A stretch of 64,000 nucleotides of DNA from the NCBI GenBank assembly GCA_964016885.1, contig OZ024741.1, forward strand, positions 137,144,001-137,208,000, written 5' to 3'. The first letter of the stretch is position 1. Every line of letters starts with the position of its first letter. Source of the DNA: Eledone cirrhosa. Taxonomy: Eukaryota. The position numbers were made by a program, and so were the translations under genes. The notes beneath the pieces were generated by a model. The model was not told the DNA's origin. It saw only the letters and a program-made list of their open reading frames with translations, and did no database searches. Positions 1-16,359 of the stretch are shown in pieces.

Positions 1-85
1 CAGACAGACAGTCGTGCAGAGAGGTGATATAGGCGTGCAGACAGACAATCGTGCAGAGAGGTGATATAGGCGTGCAGACAGACAT
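1..85. repeat. 37-bp tandem repeat (at least 2 copies, truncated by window edge)
   Basis: cagacagaca(g/a)tcgtgcagagaggtgatataggcgtg occurs twice, followed by a partial third unit. Confidence 0.8.
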
Positions 86-360
86 AACTGATAATTTGGT
101 TACGCTAATGTTTTTCTCTGCGTTGCAGTGTTTACATTTTCGATCTTTGTTAATAAATAACCAGTGCAGTTTCTTTCCCCAGCATCCTCTTTTGTTATAA
201 CATTCGGGTTATCGTTATGTTTTCTTAACTTCATAAGGCATATTGTTGGTTGAGGGAATATTAATCAAAAACACCACATGCAAGTCTGCACAGTAGACAC
301 TACAGTTTTTAAGCCAAGAAAGAAACTTAACATTGTAACTTTAACACAGCTACTGAGCGA

Positions 361-390
361 CCCCGAGCAACGCCGGGCTTTACTGCTAGT
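361..390 (+). mobile_element. Helitron-like 3' terminus
   Basis: GC-rich hairpin cccgagc-aac-gccggg followed about 8 nt later by CTAG|T, the canonical Helitron 3' end arrangement. Confidence 0.55.
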
Positions 391-409
391 TCAGTATAAA
401 AGAACACTG

Positions 410-1545
410 AAAAAGATACCTGGATAACTGTTTTATTCTGTGAGGGTAAAATCTTGACGAAACAAAAAAATTAGAAACCCTCATCAATAATATGAACCAT
501 AATTGCCAATTCACTAAAGATTTCAGCAACGAAAAACTCCCTTTCTTAGACATACTAATAACAAAATAAAACAAATAGCTAGAGACTGACATATATTTCA
601 AACCCACTGACTACCGACAATATCTCCTTTTTACATCTTCTCATCCAACTCATACCCGTATTGATTCCACTTAACATAGCTAAACGAATTTGCATAATAG
701 TTTCAAACCCAACAATAAGAGGCCACAGGCTATCAGAGATGAAACAAAAATACTCATTAAGAGTTGATACCCTCAGAATCTAATCAATAATAGCTTTCAA
801 AAGGCAATACAAATCAATATCCATGTACTCCGAGAAAAAAAAGAAACAACAAACAAACAAAAAACAAAACAAAACAGAAAAAAAGGTCATACCATACATG
901 TCAACTTTTAACCCAAAGCGACAGAATACTACACACACATACGACTAAACCTACCTATCCTACACACACATACAACTAAACCTACCTATACTACACACAC
1001 ATACAACTAAACCTACCTATACTACACACACATACAACTAAACCTACCTAACCCCCAAACAATGAAAAACCTCTTACAAAAATAACCAAATTATATAAAG
1101 TAAACGACAACCTAAATCACTAAAAAAGATACTAACAAATGCAAACCTTCGAACCGGAATTAAAGAACTCGAAGAGAAAAGATGCAACCGAACCAACTGC
1201 CGGGTGTACACCTATTTATTAGAAGGCCACGAATTTCACTCCAAAGAAGGTCCCATTTTCATAATTATAAATGACTTCTCGTGCAACTCAGAAAATTCAA
1301 TATATATTATAACATGTAAGGGTGCCATCGATACTACATTGGCCAAACAAGAATAAGACTCCGACAAAGAGATCCATACACAAAATGTCCCTCTTAGCCA
1401 ACATATAGAGAAATGTGAATGATGAACATTACAAAACTTCAATACTTGCTATTCTATCAATGTTGCCAGTCAACATCAGAAGAAAAATGCATTTGCAAAG
1501 ACATTTTATTGATAGAAAGATTTAGGTAAAGCTGAACGCTTGCAC
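410..1545 (+). mobile_element. Decayed Penelope-like element (Neptune-type): RT C-terminus/thumb, Cys linker and GIY-YIG endonuclease
   Basis: Frameshifted translation gives RYLDNCFIL, KLPFLDILI, TDIYFKPTDYRQYLLFTSSHP, IPLNIAKRIC, KSKRQPKSLKKILTNA, CNRTNC and FSCNSENSIYIITCKG. It is similar to the element at 11922-12620. Confidence 0.8.
929..1050. repeat. 31-bp tandem repeat (about 4 copies) inside the decayed PLE
   Basis: ctacacacacatacaactaaacctacctata repeated. Confidence 0.85.
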
Positions 1546-1857
1546 ACATAGCCTTTAATACCTGGCCAGACCAGAGTTACGTTCAGTGTCAAGAATTGTG
1601 TTTCTTTCCTAGACATAACAAAAACATAAGCGACAATGACATTACAAATGGAAAACTAGTAAATTAAACACGAAAAAAACATTTAGCAAGCTGTTTGAGG
1701 CGTTACCGGTCAAGGACAAAAGTACAAACAATATTTTGTTGTGTACTATACACATATGTATATAAAACAAAAACATATTAGGTGCTTTTTTTCAAATCTT
1801 TATCATTTTTCCTATATAACACGATTTGTATAGAAATCCTTAATCTTCCAACATTTT

Positions 1858-1933
<76 letters not shown>

Positions 1934-1936
1934 CCT

Positions 1937-2004
<68 letters not shown>

Positions 2005-3653
2005 TTATTTATTTATATATATACATATATATACATATATACATATATATATATATTATCACAATCAATAATAACAACAACTATAGTTACAAATAATACA
2101 CAACGCCAATAATTTAGTGAGAGCAGTGATTACATAGAACCGCAGTACTTGGCTGGTATTTTATTTTATGGACACCGAGGGATGGAAAGTAAAGTTGACT
2201 TCGGCGGGAATTTAATCAGAACGAAAGAGCCATAAGAAAATACTCTAAGGCATTCATTTGTCCGACGCTCTCACGATTCTATTCATCTACTGCTCTTAAA
2301 ATGCACGCATGATAATAAAGATGGTTTTTAATTCAGTTACATGATCAGCAATTTCCTTTGGTGGTGTTGGTGGTAGGGGGATGTTAGTCTTTCTGAGTTC
2401 AAATTCTGCTGAGGCAACTTTACTTTTAACCCTCTGAAGTGGATAAAATAACTAATCAAGTACTGGGGTTAATATAATCGACTTCCCCCTGCACTGAAAG
2501 TGACTTTTGAATCAATTAGAAATCATTAATATTTTTGTTTTTATTATTATTATTTTTATGAACTCTCCTGTCGAGAAACACCTATGAATATTCAATTATT
2601 TCTGTCAACCTAATGAGCTACTAATTGAAATAGCGTGACAAAATCTGACTGAGTATTCCACACATGTGTGCACATTTGACGTCATTTTCAAGAAGAATTA
2701 GCGTGACACAATGTGTGACAAGAATGCACCTTTTAATAATAGCTGCAGTTTATTTGACGAGCTTCCACACAATGTCCGTCTGCCAGATTTTACTCATAAG
2801 GCTTGGTTGACCTGAGGCTATGGTAAAAAAACAACAACAAATCCCTTCTCCAACGATATCACGCAATAGGATCGAACCTGGGATGTCATCCAACCAATGA
2901 TGTCGTCAACCGACTTCGTATTAAATGTTATGTTTAATACACCTATTCCAGAACATCATAGCCTTTAGCTTTCCTTCTCATCTATGTTTTCTGTATCCAC
3001 ATTATAAAAAAACAACAACGAAACAATACAAAGAGCAACAACAAAAATATTCAAAAACATGTAAAATTTGGAATTGAATGTATGCATGGGTGTGTTGGAC
3101 CTCAGTCGATTGTAATGATGACTATTTCAGTTGACCGAAAGTGCAAGTCACTTAGCATTATAGAGACTCGTGCAATCATAATGTAGTTCTGAAGGAGAAT
3201 CAGCGTGACATGGCATGTAACAAGGCTGATCTTTTAAACTACAGTTACGACTCATTTTTGTCAGCTGAGTGGACTGGAGAAACGACTTTGATTTTGCCAT
3301 AGAATTTGGACAAGCCCTGTATCGTTGGGCATTCGACTAACATGGTTTTGCAGTCCAGTGGTAGGCGTTTATTGCATTAGACATGTAAGACAGCAGTGAA
3401 CAATGATGGCTGATGTAGCTGTATGCAACCGAAGCTCTAGTTTTGTGCTCCTAATATAAAGTTTCTTATAATATCTATATTAACAGTTTGACTTATTTAT
3501 ATGCATTACTAATGGTTTTGTAAACGCATTTACAAGCTATGAAATGACTGGGAAAGCATTAATAAGTAAAACGTAATATAGATACTCTCAATTTCCATAC
3601 TATATGGTGATTGCTCTTTTCTTTCATTTGTACTCACACCTGTATATATATAT

Positions 3654-3688
<35 letters not shown>

Positions 3689-3690
3689 CA

Positions 3691-3813
<123 letters not shown>

Positions 3814-4101
3814 GCGTATGTATCCCGTTACTCCTAACGGAGTCGTAGGGGTGCCGTATTGACATGCGGCGTTTCTTAAGTATTTTAAAGAGCACACCTC
3901 CTCTCCAGGTCTGAATACAGTAGATTTCTGGATAGCAAGTGAGACAAAGGAAATAGACTGGTACTTTTTATTATCCACCTCGAAAGGATGAAAGGCAAAG
4001 TCGACCTCACGGTATTTGAAGCCAGAGAACAGAGAGGTGGAACGAATATCACAAAGCATTCTATCTGACGTTCTAATAAATCTGACAATTAGTCTCCCCC
4101 C

Positions 4102-4875
<774 letters not shown>

Positions 4876-4909
4876 GCATTATAATAAATGTTCGGTAGAT
4901 CCATACGTA

Positions 4910-5737
<828 letters not shown>

Positions 5738-5970
5738 AACAGAGATTAGACACTTACAAACGCGCGCGAGAAAGTTCTCTTACACACATAAACACATATG
5801 AGCGTGAGTGTGTATTAAATATATTGTCTAAACCACTCTAATTTCCGTAGAAAAAATATCAAATAACTTACTTAAGGAAATGTTTCTGATTATGTATTCA
5901 ATGGAAATATCATTATGCAATAATATTTAATAAACTTATTACAAATAAATGTAGTTGGAGAAAAGAGAAA

Positions 5971-6050
<80 letters not shown>

Positions 6051-6179
6051 GTATATATATTTTATATATATATATATATACATATATGATGGCTGCCCCT
6101 CGTTATCGAGTATGGCCATTGTACGATATACCATTATTAATAATTATTAATTAATTCTATCGTGCAAGGTCCTATTTAG

Positions 6180-7787
6180 ATGGACCTTGGCAGACTTAGC
6201 AAAAATATTCTAGACAGAATAATACCACAAATTAAGAATTTATCTTATTTAAAATTATGGAAAGGAACTAGTGAAGTTATCGATTGGTTTAAAGAAATTA
6301 AATATAACTATAATAATAAGTTTATTCAGTTGGATATTGCTAACTATTACTCATCTATCACTCCTAATCTACTGAATAAGGCACTAACTTACGCATTTAA
6401 ACATACATACCTAACTAGCAATGAAATGCACATTATATTATCGGCACGGAAAACATTAATAGAATTTAATAACCAACTCTGGACTAGAGCAGATAGAAAT
6501 AATAATTTCGACATAACTATGGGATCATCCGATTCCACCCAGGTAACGGATCTTGTGGGCCTATTTATAATTAATTCTCTACATAGAAAAATACCTGAGA
6601 TAACCGGAGGTTTATATCGTGACGACATGCTTTTACTTATAGAAAATAATAACTGTGAACTAAATAGAAAAAGAAAACAAATTATAAAATTTTTTAATTA
6701 CCTTAATCTAAAAGTAGAAATAGAGAATAACCATAAAATAGTTAATTTTCTAGATGTAACACTAAATCTTAACACATGTCTTCATTATCCATTTCACAAA
6801 CTAAATGAGAACTTAAATTACGTCTATTTTAACTCTAATCACCCCAGATCCGCTAAAAATACTATAGTGAACTCTGTTCAAGAACGAATTTCAAGAATTT
6901 CAGCTAATAAGAATATATTTGATGAAAAAGCACATTATTACAACGAAGCGTTAGATAGAGCTGGGTATAGAAATAAAATTAAATACATCGATAATAATAA
7001 TAATATAACAACTAACCATAATCGTAACAATTTTAACTATGGTAACAATTTTAACTATAATAGAAAACCTTACATTAATTCCGAAAGCCGAAAAAGAAAT
7101 AGAACTAGGAACATATTATGGTTCGCTCCTCCTTTCTCATTAAATATTAAAACCCCTATTGCTAAACCTTTTTTTATAGCTCTTGACAAATGCTTCCCTA
7201 GAACACATAGATATTACTCAAATTTTAATAGACATACTATAAAATTAACTTATTCTTCCACCAAAAATTTAACGCAAAATATTAATAGAATTAATAATAG
7301 AAATTTGAAACCTAACCAAAATACCAATAATAACCCAAGCAATATCCAATTTGATAAATGTAACTGTAGAAATAAATCTAACTGTCCGTTAAATAACAAT
7401 TGCTTAGCTAAAAATGTAGTATATAATTGTAATGTAAAAACTAATTTAAATTCATTTAATTATGTGGGATCTACTTCCACAGAGTTTAAATCCCGCTTCA
7501 ATAATCATAAAAATTCTTTTACAGATCCAAACAAAAAATCTTCAACTTCTCTATCTAGCCTATTATGGGACCTAAAACTAAAGAACGTTGAATATTCGTT
7601 GATTTGGAATATTATTTCAAAAGCTACTCTTTTTAACTCCTCTTCAGAAAATTGCGATCTTTGTATAAAGGAAATATTCTTTATATTAAAGACCAAAAAT
7701 TCCCTGAACTTAAGAAATAATTTATTCAGTTGCTGCAAACATAGATTAAACTCAACGTTTAAATATAAATATAAATTTAAAATGTAG
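6180..7787 (+). mobile_element. Penelope-like retroelement (Naiad-type) ORF: reverse transcriptase + GIY-YIG endonuclease, 5'-truncated but uninterrupted over 535 aa
   Basis: RT motifs QLDIANYYSSI, FDITMGSSDS, GLYRDD, VNFLDVTLNL and SNHP; WFAPPFS; CNCxxxxxCPLxxxC linker; VVY...YVGSTSTEFKSRFNNH and CDLCIKE GIY-YIG motifs. An AT-rich putative 3' UTR runs to the (TA)n at about 9383. Confidence 0.92.
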
Positions 7788-9378
7788 TATATAATTAATT
7801 AATTAATTTTATTAATATATTGAACCTGTCGATAAATCATTAGATTGCTTCATCTTTTTTTGACTGATTATACACTAAAGTAAAAATAACTTTTCTTCCT
7901 AAATATAAATAAATATAAATATAATAAACTATTCTAGAGAAATATATTGAGAGCTCTTGAAAGGAGAAAATATTTCTTATTTCTTCTTTTTTTTTTATTG
8001 TTTTTTATTGTTCTGATAGCTTCTCCTATTTTCGAAAGTTTATCCTTTCAAAATTTTAAGTTAAATATACGTAAAATAAATTTCTATACTAAATCTATTA
8101 AACATACTATTATTTTGAAATTATAACTTAAAATATTCTATAATATTTTAAAATTGTATTGTTTTTAAAGTTATATTGCTTATAATTATATTTCCAAAAT
8201 ATAATTCTTTTGTATTTTATGTACTCAATTATACTATGTACTGTATTTATATATACTTCTCTCTATATGTGAGTATATATGTATATGTGTGTATTGACAT
8301 ACATGTACATATGTTTTATGCGTTTTTATGAATGTATGTCTGTCTGTATGTATATGTATATGTGATGAGTATCTACCTATTGGTTGAGGGTACATATATA
8401 TATATGTATATGTGGGAATTGTGTATATACATATGCGTGTATATCCATACAATTTGATTGCACTTATGTATAGTGATTATCCCAAGATTCGTGACAGATA
8501 GACGTATAATAACAGCCATAAATACATAACAGGTAATCTTATAAAATTTATATAAAAAAAAAATTTTGTTTAATAACAAAGTGTGTATAACATAAAATTT
8601 CCTTTAATATCTTAACAATTATAAGATTCCTATATTTTAAATTAAATTAAAGAATCCTTTATGTTTTGTGTGTATATATTATAAACGTAGTTAGATATGT
8701 ATATGTATTTTATAAGTGTGTATATATATTTATATGTATTTTTGCGTGTGTATACGTGTTATATGATATGTAGTTCTCGAGTAATATATGGATTTCTTAA
8801 TATATAGATCCCAATTTTTAATATATTGATCTCAATTTTTAATTGATTAACTAAACATCTAATCATATTTAAAGAATGGTTAATTTCTCATATTATGTAT
8901 ATTCCATTCATGATTATTAACATTTCTAATTTTATTTATTCATTTAATCTCAATTCTTAAGTTAACTCAACAAGATATGACTTAGAGTTTTTCGTTCTCT
9001 CCCCTTCTCTCTGTTTCCTCTCTCTCTATATATATCTTTCTCTCTCTGTTGTTTTGGTCTCTCTCTCTCTTTTCTCTCTCTCTCTCTTTTTTCTCTCTCT
9101 CCTTCTTTATCTTTTTCTTTCTCCGTAACCCAACGGCTTATTTTAAAAATAAAAATATCCAATACTAATAATAATATAATTAAAGCTACAACTCCACTAT
9201 CCGGGAGCTTCCAACAGTAATGGTTGCATTTTTAAGGGTATGTCAATATTTATTTATAAAACTGATCTATATTATATTTTATCTAATGAAAGCACACCAT
9301 AATTTAACTTGGTGTCCTTGAAATATATATAAAGAAATAAATATGGTTTTATAAATATAGTTTCCATTTGTTAATATC

Positions 9379-9476
<98 letters not shown>

Positions 9477-10035
9477 GTGAGGTTTTTTTTACAAAATGAA
9501 AAATAACCGAGGTGGCCTACACGAGTGAAAGTCTAAAGAAAAAGAGATGAAATCGAAAATGCAACTGGAGTCTTATTTTAAAAAAAAATATATATATTTA
9601 TTTAGTTCCTTTACCGGTTTCGTAGTTCTTCTGCTTTTCAAAAGGTGAGTTGAGATGGAGGGTCTGTGGTTTTTCTCACATCTGGTTGGTCTCTGAATGT
9701 TACTTGTTTTATATGGAAAAAGTGGCTCGAAATGCCAGGTTTTTCGAGAAGTAATTTGATTGGTTTGACAATAATTATAATAAATTTCGCGCCAGTTCGC
9801 GTTACAATAGTTCTTCAATTAAGAGGGGGGGGGGTTGTCACAGGTTGTTTTTTCATATATGAGTGTTTGAATTTCTTTTTACTTGAAAAAAGGGGCTCAC
9901 GAAGGCTTTTTTTTGGTTGGTTATAAATGAAATTATGGCTGTCACGTGAACAAGTTTTCATTAAATTTTAGTGCCCTTATTTGGAAATCCATTCTGTAGC
10001 CTTTTTAGAGAATTTTATGATAAGTGAAAGATAAT

Positions 10036-10222
10036 TGTTTCTACCTTTGGCACAAGGCCAGCAATTACCCAGTGCATTACTGGTACTTTATTTTATCGAC
10101 CCCGTAAGGATGAAAGGCAAAGTCAACCTCGGCGGGATTTGAACTCAGATCGTAAAGGGACGTAACTATGCTGGAAAGCATGGCGTCCGACACTCTACCG
10201 ATACTGCCAATCCACCGCCCTT
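10036..10222 (-). mobile_element. Young tRNA-derived SINE with 13-bp target-site duplication
   Basis: TSD agtgaaagataat at 10023-10035 and 10223-10235; the SINE is absent from the other palindrome arm (about 13559-13571). The minus strand has an A-box-like TGGCAGTATCGG and a B-box GAGTTCAAATCC. Confidence 0.93.
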
Positions 10223-13200
10223 AGTGAAAGATAATGGTCAAGAGAAAGGGATGGGAGAATTGTTCTGGTTCAGTGAATATGGTTAGTTCGCTGGGGTGTC
10301 AGAATTCAGATTTTCTATTGAATAAAGAAAGTAAAGATATGTATGTTTATTTGTGTGCTTGTGTGTGTGTGCGTGTGTGTGTGTGTGTATTGTGTGTGTG
10401 TGTGTTTGAATTTCTTTACTTAAAAAAAAGGTGGCTCACGAAGGCTTTTTTTTAATAAACGTGATTTGATTGGTTATAAATGAAATTTGGCTGTCACGTG
10501 AACAAGTTTTCATTACATTTTTTCGCCCTTATTTGGAAATCTATTCTGTAGCCTTTATAGAGAATGTTATGACAAGGGAAAGATAGTGGTCAAGAGAAAT
10601 GGGATTGGGAGAATTGTTCTGGTTCAGTGAATATGGTTAGTTCGCTGGGGTGTCAGAGTTCAGATTTTCTATTGAAGTAAAGATATGTATGTTTATTTGT
10701 GTGCTTGTGTGTGTGTGTGTGTGTGTGTATTGGAAGATGATTCTATTAGTAGAAATGGGGGAGGGAGTTGTGTGTGTGTGTATATGGGTGTTATGTGTGT
10801 GTGTGTGTGCGAGTATGTTAAGATGGAGAGAATATATATTTTGTGTGTGTATATATGTGTGTAGGAAAGTGGTTCTATTAGTAGAAATGGGGGAGGGAGT
10901 TGTGGGTGTGGGGGTTGTTATGTGTGTGTATGGGTGTTATGTGTGTGGGAGTATGGTTAGCATGTTAAGATGAAGAGAATACATATATATATATATTGTG
11001 TGTGTGTGTGTGTGTAGGAAAATGATTCCTTTAGTAGGAATATTTTTGAATGAACATATTTTCCTTACTTATTCGTATTTGTTCTGTTGTATTGTCAGTG
11101 CAAACGTATGTTAAGGTTTATTTAGTTCGGGTTTTTATTTTCTAAAGTAGAAGGTGTTATGTGTGTGTGTGTATATCATATTATGGTGTTGACATAATGT
11201 ATATTAAACCATATTTAATGCTGGTCTATATTTTTGAATAAACATATTTTCCTTATTTATTCGTATTTGTTCTGTTGTATTGTTATCGCAAAGGTAAAAT
11301 GGGAAGACTTGGAATTTGGGTATCTTTTTACTTGCGCAAATGTCTAGATGTGAACTTAGTGGTATCTGTCTCGTGGTTGGATCTCGTAATTGTTGGCGAT
11401 GAACTGTGATTCTGTTTCTGAGTGTGAGTTTAGTTTGTCCTATATAATCTTCATTGCATCCTTTACATTTAATGGCATAAAGTAGATTTTTTGATGAGCA
11501 AGTGAAGTGATTTTTTTACAGTAAAATTTTGTCCTGATTTAAATGTATACGTGTTGCCTTCAATGAGGTGAGTGCAGGTTCCACAATTAGAGCGACCACA
11601 TTTTTTGATACTTGGTTGTGGGTTTGTGGTAGGTAATTTGGCATTGGTGAGTAATGTTTTCAGTGATTTTGGTTGTCTTTTGCTTTTGATTATTTTGTGT
11701 GTTTCAAGGGCTTTTTTCATTCTTGGGTTTTGTTTTAGTAGTGGGATGTTCTTGTGAATAGTGTTGTAAGCTTCCGCATTTCTTGGGTTGTGTGTTGAGA
11801 TATATGATAGAATATTGGACGTACCTTGAATTTGTTTCTGTTTCCGTAATTCATCGATGTCTATTGCTTTAGCCCTTTCTATTCCATTATTTATTAGTAA
11901 TACTCGAGAGAGAGTACCAACTATTACTAATAAATAATGGAATAGAAAGGGCTAAAGCAATAGGCATCGATGAATTACGGAAACAGAAACAAATTCAAGG
12001 TACGTCCAATATTCTATCATATATCTCAACACACAACCTAAGAAATGCGGAAGCTTACAACACTATTCACAAGAACATCCCACTACTAAAACAAAACCCA
12101 AGAATGAAAAAAAGCCCTTAAAACACACAAAATAATCAAAAGCAAAAGACAACCAAAATCACTGAAAACATTACTCACCAATGCCAAATTACCTACCACA
12201 AACCCACAACCAAGTATCAAAAAATGTGGTCGCTCTAATTGTGGAACCTGCACTCACCTCATTGAAGGCAACACGTATACATTTAAATCAGGACAAAATT
12301 TTACTGTAAAAAATCACTTCACTTGCTCATCAAAAAATCTACTTTATGCCATTAAATGTAAAGGATGCAATGAAGATTATATAGGACAAACTAAACTCAC
12401 ACTCAGAAACAGAATCACAGTTCATCGCCAACAATTACGAGATCCAACCACGAGACAGATACCACTAAGTTCACATCTAGACATTTGCGCAAGTAATAAG
12501 ACACCCAAATTCCAAGTCTTCCCATTTTACCTTTGCGATAACAATACAACAGAACAAATACGAATAAATAAGGAAAATATGTTTATTCAAAAATATAGAC
12601 CAGCATTAAATATGGTTTAATATACATTATGTCAACACCACAATATGACATACACACACATAACACCTTCTACTTTAGAAAATAAAAACCCGAACTAAAT
12701 AAACCTTAACATACGTTTGCACTGACAATACAACAGAACAAATACGAATAAGTAAGGAAAATATGTTCATTCAAAAATATTCCTACTAAAGGAATCATTT
12801 TCCTACACACACACACACACACAATATATATATATATGTATTCTCTTCATCTTAACATGCTAACCATACTCCCACACACATAACACCCATACACACACAT
12901 AACAACCCCCACACCCACAACTCCCTCCCCCATTTCTACTAATAGAACCACTTTCCTACACACATATATACACACACAAAATATATATTCTCTCCATCTT
13001 AACATACTCGCACACACACACATAACACCCATATTCACACACACACAACTCCCTCCCCCATTTCTACTAATAGAATCATCTTCCAATACACACACACACA
13101 CAAGCACACAAATAAACATACATATCTTTACTTCAATAGAAAATCTGAACTCTGACACCCCAGCGAACTAACCATATTCACTGAACCAGAACAATTCTCC

Positions 13201-13947
13201 CAATCCCATTTCTCTTGACCACTATCTTTCCCTTGTCATAACATTCTCTATAAAGGCTACAGAATAGATTTCCAAATAAGGGCGCAAAAATGTAATGAAA
13301 ACTTGTTCACGTGACAGCCAAATTTCATTTATAACCAATCAAATCACGTTTATTAAAAAAAAGCCTTCGTGAGCCACCTTTTTTTAAAGTAAAGAAATTC
13401 AAACACACAACACACACACGCACACACACACACAAGCACACAAATAAACATACATATCTTTACTTTCTTTATTCAATAGAAAATCTGAATTCTGACACCC
13501 CAGCGAACTAACCATATTCACTGAACCAGAACAATTCTCCCATCCCTTTCTCTTGACCATTATCTTTCACTTATCATAAAATTCTCTAAAAAGGTTACAG
13601 AATGGATTTCCAAATAAGGGCACTAAAATTTAATGAAAACTTGTTCACGTGACAGCCATAATTTCATTTATAACCAACCAAAAAAAAAGCCTTCGTGAGC
13701 CCCTTTTTTCAAGTAAAAAGAAATTCAAACACTCATATATGAAAAAACAACCTGTGACAACCCCCCCCTCTTATTTGAAGAACTATTGTAACGCGAACTG
13801 GCGCGAAATTTATTATAATTATTGACAAACCAATCAAATTACTTCTCGAAAAACCTGGCATTTCGAGCCACTTTTTCCATATAAAACAAGTAACATTCAG
13901 AGACCAACCAGATGTGAGAAAAACCACAGACCCTCCATCTCAACTCA

Positions 13948-13985
13948 CCTTTTGAAAAGCAGAAGAACTGCGAAACCGGTAAAGG
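13948..13985 (+). ncRNA. Minimal hammerhead ribozyme motif, U3-A8 core variant
   Basis: cctt-TTGAAAA-gcag-aagaa-ctgc-GAAA-CCGG-TA-aagg; perfect stems I and II and a palindromic stem-loop III. Mirror copy at 9608-9645 (-). Confidence 0.7.
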
Positions 13986-14052
13986 AACCAAATAAATATA
14001 TATATTTAAAAAAAAAATAAGACTCCAGTTGCATTTTCGATTTCATCTCTTT

Positions 14053-14117
<65 letters not shown>

Positions 14118-14345
14118 GCGAGAGAGAGAGAGAGAGAGTTTGTGTGTGTGTGAGTGAGAGAGAACAGAAAATATTGTTAACTACATAGATACATATAAAT
14201 TGGGCTCTCTCTCTTTCTCCCCCCTCTCTCTATATATATATATTTCCAAGAGATGGCACCATGAATGGACCTTTTATTTTTCTCTAAAAACATTTTTCCA
14301 ATACCACCCCGCCTGTCCCTTCAATCTATCTAATTTCTCATTCTT

Positions 14346-14381
14346 TCTTCTGATGAAGGACTAGTGTCCGAAACGTTAAGA
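14346..14381 (+). ncRNA. Minimal type I hammerhead ribozyme motif in a short (CA)n-tailed repeat
   Basis: tctt-CTGATGA-a-ggac-tagt-gtcc-GAAA-CG-TT-aaga. The host repeat (about 14310-14466) recurs at about 43585-43745 (+, mutated core) and partially at 60012-60085 (-). Confidence 0.8.
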
Positions 14382-14462
14382 CCCTTTTCCTGCTGTTTCA
14401 AGCGTTAACCTAATATATTCTTTCCATATACTGTACCGATTGTGTTGTTATTTCTGTTTACC

Positions 14463-14587
<125 letters not shown>

Positions 14588-15113
14588 TATGTACGTAAAA
14601 AGTAAACAGAAATAACAAAGCAAAACGAAGAAATATATAAGAGGTAACTAGCCAAAACTATCGATATCGCAGCCGATCCTCTACTTTTACTAATACATTC
14701 ACTCTACATCATACCACGCATTGAGCACTTCACTGATTTGTGGTCTTCTCGATCCCAGTACTGCAGATTGTCTCTTTCTCTCGCTTTCTTTCTGTCTCTC
14801 CCTCTCCCCTATCTCTCTCTCTATATATAATTTAACGAGATATCGTTTAAGGTAATCTAAGTAGATGTTATGATTACTCTAAAATCGAGTGACGTAGCAT
14901 CTTGCGAACCACGATTTTTAGACACACCGGACTAATGAAACAATTGTTAACACTTTGAATAAACCCTATTGTACAGCCGACCACGTTATTCTTCACTCAT
15001 TTACTATATATATATACACACACACACACATATATATAAACAGACACACGCACGCACACACACACATACACACACACATATATATATACGGGCGCGCACA
15101 CACACACACACAC

Positions 15114-15222
<109 letters not shown>

Positions 15223-15405
15223 CATATTTACAGAATAAACAACACAATATAATTATTCCATTACCAAAGGTTTCAAGAAACTAGACGATCCTTACAGAAA
15301 CGTCTAGCCCGTTCATCAGTATAAGTTCGGGGTATAAGTTTTGAAATTGATATCTATTAAAAATGAAAGTGAGGCTGAGTTAAAATAACATCTTATAACG
15401 GAAAT

Positions 15406-15978
<573 letters not shown>

Positions 15979-16186
15979 CGCTTCTGAATTTGTTTAGCAA
16001 GATTCTTTATCTGAAAACGTGTGTTGAAACCGATATTGTTATTCTTTGGGAGGGTCATGTTGCCAATAAGAAACACACGCACCAGTTGCTTTCACTTCAA
16101 TTTATTATAATAAATTTATAAATTTAGGAATTTATAATTTTCCGGTTGGTTGGTTGGTTCCACAACCAGATGGTTGTTTATATATT

Positions 16187-16229
16187 GTCAAAGTTCTTTC
16201 GTCACACATTCTGTGACCTCTTCAGTGAC
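16187..16229 (-). ncRNA. Minimal type I hammerhead ribozyme motif
   Basis: Reverse complement reads gtca-CTGAAGA-g-gtcaca-gaatg-tgtgac-GAAA-gaac-TT-tgac. It is adjacent to a hairpin at 16236-16336. Confidence 0.75.
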
Positions 16230-16359
16230 TGGGGATTCTTTTCTTTGTTTTTTGTGCCTCTCCTTTGTTCTGTCCTACGCCATCTTGTTTTGGACAGGAC
16301 AGAACAAAGGAGAGGCACAAAAAACAAAGAAAAGAACCCACAACTTCTCTATATATATA

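Larger units (their letters stand above)
9472..14056. mobile_element. 4.6-kb palindromic insertion made of two inverted 3' halves of a Neptune-type Penelope element
   Basis: 9537-11902 is the reverse complement of 11922-14056 (19-nt spacer). 11922-12620 (+) encodes KSKRQPKSLKTLLTNA, CGRSNCGTC and FTCSSKNLLYAIKCKGCNEDYIGQT...RNRITVH (GIY-YIG). A one-sided tail lies at 9472-9536, and (TA)n flanks both sides. Confidence 0.93.

Noticed and set aside
86-202. Possible LTR 3' end (AATAAA followed by ...ttataaca)
   Set aside because: No second LTR, PBS/PPT or TSD is visible in the window, so the evidence is too weak.
10650-13158. Two near-identical 103-107 aa ORFs on opposite strands (apparent gene duplication)
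   Set aside because: They are antisense readings of the (CA)-rich PLE 3' UTR in the two palindrome arms.
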